Assembly (NCBI GenBank): GCA_001662655.1
Contig: KV460256.1
Length of the DNA: 64,000 nt
Strand: one strand, 5' to 3'
Source: Pseudogymnoascus verrucosus
Lineage: Eukaryota
Shown: piece by piece, positions 12,951 through 23,316 of the stretch
How the letters are laid out: each line of letters begins with the position of its first letter
How positions within the stretch are numbered: position 1 is the stretch's first letter
Position numbers and translations under genes: made by a program
Notes under the pieces: generated by a model
Told to the model about the DNA's origin: nothing
The model's input: the letters and a program-made list of their open reading frames with translations, nothing else
Databases searched by the model: none

Positions 12951-13189
12951 AGATACTCCACAACTTGGAGGAGCAGTGCGATACCTCACCAACGCTGGTA
13001 ATGCATCTTCTGCTTTTTGGCATTCGACAAGGATACGCATGATTTGTACTATCTTGAAGTTGGAAGAGGAAACAAATTGCCAAAGGAGATTGCTCGGAAA
13101 TGTCGCAAGCGATCAAATTTATCGACCTCATTATCAGGTCCAGCGTCAATGTGCAATAGGCTAAATCTGTAATATATCTGAACTACCAC

Positions 13190-14170
13190 TTATATACCTC
13201 GAAGAGGACCCCCGTTTGATGGTACAAGTTCCGCGCATCTTTTTGTTCATATCAGCAATCCGTTACAGTATCTCCTCTTGCGTGATTTTGTCCCATTACT
13301 CCTGTAGAGCCTCTTTCATCTCTTCTTCGGAATCGAAGATTCTTCGGCGTAAGCGTTACTTTACAATAGCCCAATTACCATCAATAGGGTTAATATCCGG
13401 ACTCTGGGCAGGATGGTCCCATAGGTTTTGGACGTTGTGGGCCTTCTTGTACTCTTGTGCTAGCCCATATTTCCTTACCCCATGGGAAGGATCCCCATCC
13501 TCTTGTAAAAGCCATTATTTATCGTCAATAAGCCGCATAGACTTAACAGCTTCGACGTATATAGGAAGAAGTTTATCTACGTAGTACTTCTGGGTCATTG
13601 AATTACCCCTGAACCTTGACCTCTACCTTATGAGGCTTCCCAGCTTCCCATTCCCTTACTCTTTCGGTGTATTCCTCCTTATCCTCAGTCGTTGGACGAT
13701 TGCGTGGCTTCTGGGGGTAGGCAGGTTCCTCAACCTTGTCCTCCTCATCATTGTAGAACCTTCGTCTCTCTGCCTTTCTCCACCAAGAGACCCACGCGGC
13801 GATATGAAAGCGGACGCCCTTAAGGGGAGGTCTCTCTTTAATATTCTCAGGGTCGTCGCGGTGGCCTTCTTCTCGGAGGGACGCTACCTTGAGCCTGTTA
13901 AATTGGATCAACGTGAGCCTCATCTGTGTAGAACTATATGGTCAAAGAACTCAAAGATAGGTTGGTAAAGATGTGTGTTTCCGTAGGTAAAACCTTTCTG
14001 CCCGGTTTTTATAGGAGGTAAAACCTTCTTAACAAAGGCACACTTATATCTCCCACCCCCCCTTGGTATTGCTCCCTTAACTTCCGTTGTGATTGGCGCT
14101 TACCAACAGGTAGTTGGTGGTACTCAATCTGAGCTTCGTACGGTTATTTTTTTTCGGGCAGGATTTCGAC
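13190..14170 (-). mobile_element. Degenerate Tc1/mariner-type DDE transposase relic
   Basis: Minus-strand translation across frameshifts gives TDEAHVDP, NSMTQKYY, LQEDGDPSHG and HPAQSPDINPID, interrupted by several TAA stops and small indels. Ends approximate; no TIRs identified. Confidence 0.85.
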
Positions 14171-14656
14171 TTACTTGGAGAAGCAAGTATCGTAAGGGAC
14201 GCGTGCGTCACGAATTCTGTCACCCACTGTTGGGACTCGTGTACATATTGACCTGCTGCGTGCGTGAGTCCGAGGCTGATCTTGAAGTATTGCCTCGCAA
14301 TATCTAATTACGGAACTACTTCGTACATGGCCAAATTCTTCCACTTTAGTCGTCTATGCGGGCTTCTAGATATCTCTAGAATATCTGAGCTCATGTCTGT
14401 TGGCCGCTTCCTAGACAGAATCAACATTTACGCAAATGGCTCCTAGGACGGTCTAAAATGGGCTCGAAACCTGTTCAAGCCAAGGTGCTGCCAGGCAACA
14501 TTAAATTAATCTGCTGTATTAGACAAGCGAGGTGCCGGACAATATAATTACCACGCGTCCACAGCGAAACCAATCTGGGGGGGGTGCCACGCGTCATCAA
14601 TCGAGAGTTCCCGAAAGTAGTAACACACGGGGGTCAGCACTGTCAGCCACCTGTCA

Positions 14657-14832
14657 GATCTATAAGTGCTAATAGCCGCGTAAGAGGAATTCAACGAAGC
14701 ACGGACTGTTATTGGTCGAAAATCCGCCGATGCTGCTTCACCATCGCATGCAGCTGCATCGGCGGATTTTCGACCAGTAACAGTCCGTGCTTCGTTGAAT
14801 TCCTCCTACGCGGCTAGTAACACTTATCGATC
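14657..14832. repeat. Long inverted repeat / fold-back (84-bp arms, ~8-nt loop)
   Basis: 14657-14740 matches the reverse complement of 14749-14832 with 7 mismatches and no gaps (core GAGGAATTCAACGAAGCACGGACTGTTA / TAACAGTCCGTGCTTCGTTGAATTCCTC). Confidence 0.95.
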
Positions 14833-15191
14833 GCCGCGACACGAAATGCCTGCGAAGGGGGCGGCAATGCTTGTTTCTCCTTTCTAAGGTCGACGTGTCG
14901 TGCGACAGGCATCAGCTTCTACTAAGACTACACTCGCATCCTCCTTTTGAATAGTCCGGGTTTTCATCTCAGCTCACAACACTCTGGCATCCACTCACTC
15001 TTCATTGATGTACTTTCTCTAGCCCGCTACGACTTTGCTCTACCACGAAATCAAGCCAGTTTGCCATCCTTCTCCGCCTTTCTTTAGCAGCTCTACCACC
15101 TCTTATCACTCCGACACTTCCTAACCCTAAGTCGAGTCTCGTCCATTCCGCCCTCGACTCAACGCATCTTCCACCCCTCTTTATTACCACG

Positions 15192-16217
15192 ATGTCGTCC
15201 CCCGAAGCAGCCGGCCAAAATGATCCCTCCCAGTACCTCGTCTCCTTCGGCCCCGACGCCAACTGCACCCTCGCCCTATGCCCCGTCGAAGCCTCCCTCC
15301 AGGGCTACCGGCCCGCCTTCGGTGTGCAAATTGCCTTCATCGCCCTCTTCGGCGTCTCCATGCTCATCCACCTGGCCCAGGGCATCCGCTACCACACCTG
15401 GTTCTTCGCCAGCATGATGGCGATCGGCTGCATCGGCGAGATAATCGGTTACGGCGGGCGCGTTATGCTGTACCAGAACCCTTTCTCCTTTAACGGCTTC
15501 ATCATCGAGATCTGCTGCATTACAATCTCGCCCGTCTTCTTCGCCGCCGCCATCTACGTCACGCTCGCCAGGGTCTCGAATTTTTTGGGCCCCGAAGCTT
15601 GCAGGTTTCCGGCCAAGATATACGTGTGGGTGTTTGTTCCTTGCGATGTCGTTAGTTTGATATTGCAGTCCGTGGGCGGCGCGTTATCATCGAGTTCGGT
15701 TGGAAGTGACAAATCGGGCGAGTACATCACGATTGCAGGTCTGGTGTTCCAGGTCTTCACTCTTACTGTCTTCACCGCTATGGCGTTAGACTACCTCTTC
15801 CGCTATATCTCGTACCGTAAGTCTCAGCAAGTGGATCAACGCCGGATCCTCTCGACGCGCCTCGGGATCTTTGGCGTTTTCTTCTCGGCATCTATTATCT
15901 TTATCCTCATCCGTTGCTGCTACCGTATTGCCGAGCTCGGTCAAGGATACAGTGGGTCAATCTTCCACAAGGAGGGTCTGTTTATTGGGCTAGAGTCGGT
16001 AATGGTGATCCTGGCTGTGTTCGCCTTAAACATTGCTCAACCAGGTACGGTTCTGTCCCATGTAGGGAAATTCTCGTTCGTACTAACAGTCGCAGGCTTC
16101 GCATTCCAGAACCGCACTCAGGGGGCCTATACAACCTATGGTAACAAGGTTGAACACGAATCTAGCTCCGAGCAAAATGCATCAAATGTAAGAGAAGTCA
16201 CTATGACCCAAGAATAA
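15192..16217 (+). CDS. RTA1-family (lipid-translocating exporter) membrane protein
   Basis: Motifs GEIIGYGGR, ISPVFFAAAIY, FVPCDVVSLILQSVGG, GLVFQV, IRCCYRIAEL. Probable in-frame 51-nt intron at 16045-16095. Confidence 0.92.
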   Translation: MSSPEAAGQNDPSQYLVSFGPDANCTLALCPVEASLQGYRPAFGVQIAFIALFGVSMLIHLAQGIRYHTWFFASMMAIGCIGEIIGYGGRVMLYQNPFSFNGFIIEICCITISPVFFAAAIYVTLARVSNFLGPEACRFPAKIYVWVFVPCDVVSLILQSVGGALSSSSVGSDKSGEYITIAGLVFQVFTLTVFTAMALDYLFRYISYRKSQQVDQRRILSTRLGIFGVFFSASIIFILIRCCYRIAELGQGYSGSIFHKEGLFIGLESVMVILAVFALNIAQPGTVLSHVGKFSFVLTVAGFAFQNRTQGAYTTYGNKVEHESSSEQNASNVREVTMTQE

Positions 16218-16779
16218 AACATGTTGTAAGGCAGGCCGCCAACAGCCCGGCAAACGCTCCAACCTGGCGATGGATATGTTGCCTATCCGAGGGATCGGCG
16301 CACATTGGGCTTGTAACAGGGTCTGAATGGTCTGACGGAGGCTATCTAATCTATGCTGAAGCAGAATAGGCGTGTAGGCTAGCAGTAAATGGGATTTTCT
16401 TTTTTGTATTAAGTTTTGTCGCTAGCGAATACACTAGCATAGCAAGAAAGGCTTAAATAAAGCCTGAAATTCAGCGTTTGTATTAAAACAGCTCGTGGTT
16501 ATAACTATATTTGTCACATGTATATCATCTCAGTTCTGCGGTCTTCCCCCCCGGGTTTAGCGACCCCCCGCTTCGGGCAAGGCGCGTGCACGTGTCGGCC
16601 GACGCTTTCAACGTCTATAAAGTTGCGCCCACCCCGTTCATCGACCATCCTCCTCTTCAATCTCTTCCTAACACTCCCCCGCTCGGTCGTTTTGGTTCTC
16701 GTCATGTGCTATTGACCCCTCCCATAGATCCACAGAGAGCGCCCGCCCCTTGATCGGCCCCGCCGTAGCTGAAAAATCG

Positions 16780-17627
16780 CAACGACATATCCGGTTTGAG
16801 GCAAGGACCCTCCTCGATCTGCCGCTCTAGATTCAATGCTCCTAATTGTTAGGACCTCAGACGAGAAGACTTTGATAGAGCAACAAGGTGCAGAGGAAGA
16901 AGGGGAGGACGACATAGTGGCATCAACGGAGGGGATAGAGATGCAACGACGGCAGTAGTAGAGAGAAGGGAGTGAGCTAGAAGGAGAGGATAAAGAGCTT
17001 AATAAGCTAGCTATAGGAGAATGCTTGCACACTAGAGAGGAAGAGGACTGCTTAGACAAATCTAAGGACAAGGACTGTGTTTGCAATTCTATTAACGAGG
17101 ATAACAAGAACATATAGCTAGCAAAACGACGTAGACTACCCTCGCTACTTTAGTGACGAAGGTCAGCAGAGCGCAAAGCCTGATGTCACACAACTCCGTC
17201 GCTCATTGTTCACGACTACTAAGAGAGGCCACGTACAGCCCAAGACTGTTCGTGCTCGGAATTCGACAGCTGATGAGCAACAACTCTCACTCCACACCCT
17301 TCCTAGAGCCCCTCTGCTATAACGGAGTCGGTGTTAGCTGCTAAGTATAAGGAATGGCTCCTTCATAGCTTCCTCAAAAGCACTAGGATCAGGAACGACA
17401 CGACTTTCAATCTTAGGGTTTATCTAGCCGGTGTCCCGGAGCCCCCTGAACTATCGGCTCTGTATAAAGCATTGTGTAATAACAACCAACTACCGATAAA
17501 GCCTCAAAAACCTTACAGCACTATTACACATTCCAAGACACACAATTCCCAGTCGACGTCTCTAAGAAAGCGCGCTCTATGGACGCTCGATCCAGGTACG
17601 CTACTCCACGAAATTCAGCAAGCGTAG
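16780..17627 (+). pseudogene. Decayed gene with acidic region and truncated Myb/SANT-like C-terminus
   Basis: Stop-riddled acidic stretch, then KYKEWLLHSFLKSTRIRNDTTFNL and KRALWT joined out of frame to IQVRYSTKF (start and end of a Myb-like repeat). Many TAG/TAA/TA dinucleotides. Left boundary approximate. Confidence 0.5.
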
Positions 17628-17849
17628 CAGTGCTAGCACTAGGTTGAGAAACGACAACGGCTATAGATTGAGCACAGGCTGAAGTAAGAAGTTCCCTGGC
17701 AGGACTCTGGCCGTAATAGGCACATGCTGGATTACGGTATAGCGTAATAAGCTTCCTCCTATAGGTGGATAGGAAGCAGTTTACGCTCTCTGTCCCTACT
17801 TGTCCCTAGGCCTCTGTTAGGGACGAATATATAACACTAGCAGCCCTTA

Positions 17850-18180
17850 ATGTATGTGTATAAGTGCTATCTTCTGCTTTTTAATTTCTGCCTATTTTAC
17901 ATAACTTTATTATTAAACTTAATCTTTAATTAAATCTAGCTGTTTAAGCAGCTCTTATAACAATAAAAGCTATACTATTAGAAGAGCTTAAGAGTTATTA
18001 AGTTTAAGAGGGTTTAGCTTATCCTTAGATGTTTTCTACTTAAAGTAGCCTTATGACTATGCTAGGGTAGCTTGTTCTTCTTTAGAGAGAGTTTTCTGCC
18101 CTATGGTTCTAGGGCCCTTAAAAGTAAAGAAAGAATGTTGTAGATAGTAGACTTCAAAATCTAAACATAGCAAGAGCGTT
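17850..18180. other. AT-rich, TpA-enriched tract resembling RIP-mutated repeat DNA
   Basis: Visibly AT-rich with dense TA/TAA/TAG and few CpA/TpG; no credible ORF. Confidence 0.55.
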
Positions 18181-18739
18181 CCTTTTACACCATTTTCAAG
18201 CTCTAGCTCGACCCACTTCGTGCATGTCGATGTAGCCGCCATCAGGAAGCTAAGGGGGAATCGGGTGAGGCGCAGGCTGACTGGTGTGAGCGAGGTAATA
18301 TTTTTCGTGTCGGTTAGTTGGTTTTAGGCATCATTTTTTGTATTCACACATAAATTTGGGGCTACCTTGTTATTCTTATCTGTCCTATTCAGCTTGCTTA
18401 TAGCGTAGGAGAGCCGTAACCCCACGCCAGACAAGATCCTATGTTAGCAGACTAGAATGCAAGAAAGAGAAGAGCAAACTCGGAAAGCAGGGAAGGAAAT
18501 GAGGTCTGTGGTCTAGCAGTTCCTTTGTGTGATGCACGTATCTTGATCGAAGAGCCGTCTTTGTAGTTTGCCTCGTGATTGGAGGCTGTAAGCGGCATTT
18601 GGTGCATGGTCATTACTGATTTGTAGGCTGCCTCGTCTAAATATTGTCGTGAGATGAGGTATGGGAGTGAATCGTGATATGAGATATCTAGGCGAGGCAT
18701 CAATGTGCTTCTTTTTCGAGCCACCTCTCCTTATTCTAC

Positions 18740-19156
18740 TAGCCGTGGGTAGAAGCAACGTTCGTTCGTGGGAACGATATGGAAGCAAAGTGCGTTCATA
18801 GGATTTTTCATAGTAAATTACTAAAAATTAGAACTTTGTCATTTTCTGTATATTTAACATGTGCCTATTTTATACCCTTTTTAGTAATTAATAACTTTAT
18901 AATCTTATAAACTTATAAACTCTAAATGCTCCAAGTAGTATTATATGTATATATCATCTATAAATTTTTAAGGATGGCAATAGAGCATTTAAGGTAGTTT
19001 ATATATGTTTTTATTCTAAAAATTTAACTACATTTTAGTCATGTTACGCATAATTTACAATGTAAAGGTTACTATAATATTTAGATATTTAATAGTTGCG
19101 AACGCATATTGCATCCCCGTTTTCTTCCGAACGCACTTTGCTTTCACCCATGATTG
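18740..19156. mobile_element. MITE-like non-autonomous element with ~60-bp imperfect terminal inverted repeats and AT-rich interior
   Basis: AAGCAAAGTGCGTTC (18783-18797) is the exact reverse complement of GAACGCACTTTGCTT (19129-19143). Each end holds two variants of this motif. The interior is extremely AT-rich. No clear TSD. Confidence 0.6.
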
Positions 19157-20076
19157 GTGCTAAAGCCGATTCTAAGACTTAACGATCTTGCCATACCTTA
19201 GTAGATCGATCTTATCACTAGGGTAGTTAGGGCCAACGGCAGTTGGAAAATCCCTCATCGTAGATTCTAGTGTGGGGATATTATATGCTGGTGATAATTC
19301 ACTTGGCAAGTTCACCTCTTCTCTCTCTGACGACCTTGTTTTGCTACCCCGCACGCCAAGCCTTTGGAATCTTGAAAAGAGAAACTCTCTCGTCTGTATT
19401 AGTGGCGGCAGACAAAGTTTTTATTACGGCCCATTTCCTTATGGAACGGATATGAATTAATAGTAGATTGGCTCATCCACGAGCGCAAAACAACGTTTCT
19501 AAACCCCTAGTCTCTGTCCCTCTGCGCACTAGAAGCTCATATACTAGATACTTACAAAGCTAACGGGCACGAATTTTTATAACCTGCGTGTCTAGGCCCA
19601 TATGTCAGACCTCCCCGAGATAGAGCCGGTGCGACGAGGTGGAGGAGCCGAATATAATGGCCGCGAGGCGAAGTTCCGAGTCTAAATGCATAAACCGCCG
19701 GCAATCCCCATCGACCCCGCGCCGTCCCCGCAACGACTTCCCCACGCTGGCTCCACGGAGCTTTGTTTTGTTTCCTGTTCGTTGCGAATTGGGAGCATGT
19801 ATAACGGACGGTTATAAGGCTGTCATATACGGCAATGCTTGTCAGCTATGCGTATTTGGACGTCGCCGAGATAAAGCCGGTGTTAGAGGCGGTAAAGGCG
19901 GAGAGCTGCAGGTCGATGCTGTACTCTGCGGGGTTGTGAAGTGGAGGAGGATACTGTACGAATATAGCACCCAAATACAGCTTTGAAAAGGTTATCGGCG
20001 CAGCATAAAGTCCACCGTGACTGCAACAAAGTTTACAATGTTCGTAGTAGAGATACTGTCGCGTCGCTTTATCGAA

Positions 20077-22440
20077 ATGATTAGCTCCTTCTCGCTCAAA
20101 CATTTCGTCGGCGCCGTCGCCTCCACGGCGGTTCTAACAGACTTAGTTAATGCGCGCTCAACCGGTCAGTACTGAAGGCGCTTCCTCCCGTCTATGAGTG
20201 TTTATGAACCTGACCTTTTGCTAGGCATCGAGGTTAATGGAACATCCTTCGCGCTCAACGGCGAACATGCAACATACCGGTTCCACGTCGACGAGCTCAC
20301 GGGGGACCTGATTACCGACCACTTCGGTGGTGCAGCTACGGAAGACATCTTGCTAGCAGAACCCCGGATCAACGGTTGGGTTGAGTTGCTCGGCCGAGTA
20401 AGACGAGAGTATCCCGACCTCGGCCGAGGGGATTTCCGTGTTCCTGCGGTGCGAATTCGTCAATCCGCCGGATACACCATCAGCGATCTCCAGTACAAAT
20501 CGCACAGTGTCGTCCAAGGTAAGCCTGGTTTGCCGGGTTTGCCTGCAACTTTTGGCGATCCCGAGGATGTTTCGACTTTGCTCGTCCAGATGTACGACAA
20601 CTATAGCTCCATCGCGGTTGACCTGTCCTATTCCATCTTCCCAAAGTACGACGCTATCGTCCGAAGCGTCAAAATCACCAACCAAGGAGAGCACAACATC
20701 ACCGTCGAGAAGTTGGCTAGTCTCAGTGTCGACCTGCCGTATGATGACCTGGAAATGGTTGAGCTAAGGGGAGACTGGGCCCGCGAAGCAGCGAAGGTTA
20801 GGAGGAAGGTTGAATACGGGACTCAAGGGTAAGTGAATACAACCAGGAAGCACCTATTTAATGCTAGCAAGACTTGTTTGCTAACGGCGATATCCAGTTT
20901 TGGCAGCACTACTGGCTATTCGTCGCACCTCCACAACCCATTCCTAGGGCTCGTGACCTCAACGACGACTGAGACTCAAGGTGAGGCTTGGGGATTCTCT
21001 CTAGTCTACACGGGCTCATTCTCCGCCGAAGTCGAGAAAGGCTCACAGGGCCTCACTCGAGCCATGCTCGGCTTCAACCCTTACCAGCTTTCTTGGCCAC
21101 TAGCCCCTAATGAGAGTCTCACCACACCTGAGTGCGTCATGACGTACTCCATGTCGGGACTTGGAGGGATGTCGCGGAACTTTCACCGTCTCTACCGCAA
21201 CCACTTGATGAAGAGTAAGTATGCTACTAAAACCCGCCCAGTTCTGCTGAACAGCTGGGAAGGCCTTGGATTTGACTATAATGAATCTACAATCTACACT
21301 CTTGCCCAGGAGTCGGCAAAGCTTGGCGTTAAGCTATTCGTGCTGGATGACGGGTGGTTCGGAAAGGAATATCCTCGTCTCAGTGACAATGCTGGTCTCG
21401 GCGACTGGGAAGTGAACCCGACCCGCTTCCCTCAGGGACTACCGACCCTCGTGGATAAAATCAATAAGCTTAAGGTCGCAAATTCGTCGGTAGACCTGGA
21501 GTTTGGACTCTGGTTCGAACCCGAAATGGTTAACCCCAACTCCACTCTGTACCATGAGCACCCCGAGTGGGCCATGCACGCCGGCTCATATCCCCGAACC
21601 CTAACGCGAAACCAACTGGTGCTAAACGTAGGCCTGCCAGAGGTGCAGGAATTCATAATCGACACCGTGTCCAGCATCCTGAGCAAGTCATCCATCAGCT
21701 ACGTCAAATGGGATAACAACCGCGGAATCCACGAGACTACCAGCCCTAGCGACGGTCACACCTACATGCTAGGCCTGTACCACGTCCTCGACACGCTCAC
21801 ATCTCGGTTCCCCGACATAATCTGGGAAGGCTGTGCCTCCGGCGGCGGCCGCTTCGACGCCGGAGCCCTCTATTATTTTCCCCAGATCTGGACATCCGAC
21901 GATACCGACGCCGCCGAGCGGATCTCCATCCAATTCGGGACATCCCTTGCATACCCGCCCTCATCCATGGGCGCCCACATCTCCGCCGTCCCCAACGGGG
22001 TCACAAACCGCAACACCTCCATCGAGTTCCGCGCCCACGTCGCCATGATGGGCGGCTCATTCGGGCTCGAGCTTAACCCGGCTGACATGCCCGAAGACGA
22101 TAAGGTGAAGTTCCCCGCCATCATCGCGCTTGCGGAGAAGATCAACCCTGTCGTCATCCAGGGTGACTTTTGGCGACTGAACCTGCCGGAGGAGTCTAAT
22201 TGGCCCGCGGCCCTGTTTATCGCAGAGGACGGCAAACAAGCTGTGCTTTTCTACTTCCAGATGCGAGCGCTGATCAACCACTCTTTTCCGTTTGTGCGTC
22301 TGCAGGGGCTGGATCCGATGGTATCGTATAGCGTTGATGGGAACAAGACGTATTCTGGGTCCACACTAATGAATATCGGGCTGCAGTATGCGTTCGATGG
22401 CGATTATGATAGTCGGGTCGTGTTCATTGAGAAGGTCTAG
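20077..22440 (+). CDS. aglC: Alpha-galactosidase, glycoside hydrolase family 36, probably secreted
   Basis: Signal-peptide-like first exon ([20 protein letters not shown]); introns 20165-20224 and 20829-20897. Motifs [45 protein letters not shown]. Confidence 0.93.
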
Positions 22441-22765
22441 ACGTGGAGGTTTTATGTGATAATGGAGGTGGGGTATGGTAGGGAAGGATTTTGGAGGAGG
22501 GATAGAGGGGTGGGAGTGGGGGGCAAGGTGCCGGAGCTTTGTTGCTGTCAATCCCGTATAGCAGAATTAGATATCAGGTGAATGTGGTTATACGCATACT
22601 TACGAATATTGACCGTTAATTTCTTCCTACTTTCACTCCGCCACTTAACCGTATCCTGGTTTGAGGGCAATTCATTATGAGCTGTATTCTAGAGTACTTA
22701 AATGGTTGCATTGTGGCAGTTTTGGGGCAGTAGGGTTGGATGACCACCTACAATCAGGGTCGTCA

Positions 22766-22771
22766 CCGAGG
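22766..22771 (+). promoter_or_regulatory. Candidate FarA/FarB site (CCGAGG) upstream of the acyl-CoA synthetase
   Basis: Exact hexamer about 550 bp upstream of ATG 23317; a short motif that may be chance. Confidence 0.35.
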
Positions 22772-23316
22772 GGAAACGAGCAAACTCTGCGAGTGTCATT
22801 GTATAGTAAACTTCATGTAGAGGAGCATGGACTTATGTAAATGTCGGAGAAATGTTCGGGTTGGTGATTCCCTTTGTTTCTTCGCTTCCTCGCTATAAAC
22901 ATAGCGCGAATCGGTAGGTGGGGTCTACCCCGCATTATGGGTACCGAAGTTATTCCAGCAAGGCCGCGGTACGACATATTTATTGTGATGCCATTACACA
23001 ATATGAGGATAGGACGAGGACAGGACGTGGAGAGCTGGGAGTTGGACAGAAATAGTTGGCGATGTTTAGATACGAACACGATGTAAACACCTTCGTGCTT
23101 TAAATAATAGGCTGGTACTATCAATCTTTCCTTCCTCCGTGGTGGCTTTCGCCCCTTGGAAATGATACCGAGCCGCGGTTATCTATAATTTTGTAGGACA
23201 TAGTAGCTCGAGCTATTGTCAGCCGCAAGGTCCCTTTAAATATATTATGCGATAGCCATCGTAGTTGAACATCTGTTTAAAACACCTCTTATAAAATCTA
23301 AAAGAATAAGGTCGCC

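Noticed and set aside
13150..14560. Terminal inverted repeats and TA target duplication for the Tc1/mariner relic
   Set aside because: A CTGTA candidate end exists at ~14514, but I found no matching inverted copy on the left.
19172..20103. Short ORFs upstream of the GH36 gene
   Set aside because: No recognisable motifs or splice structure; consistent with promoter/intergenic DNA.
20077..22440. GH36 as part of the PKS cluster or the carboxylase cluster
   Set aside because: No functional link; it is separated from the PKS arm by ~4 kb of decayed repeats.
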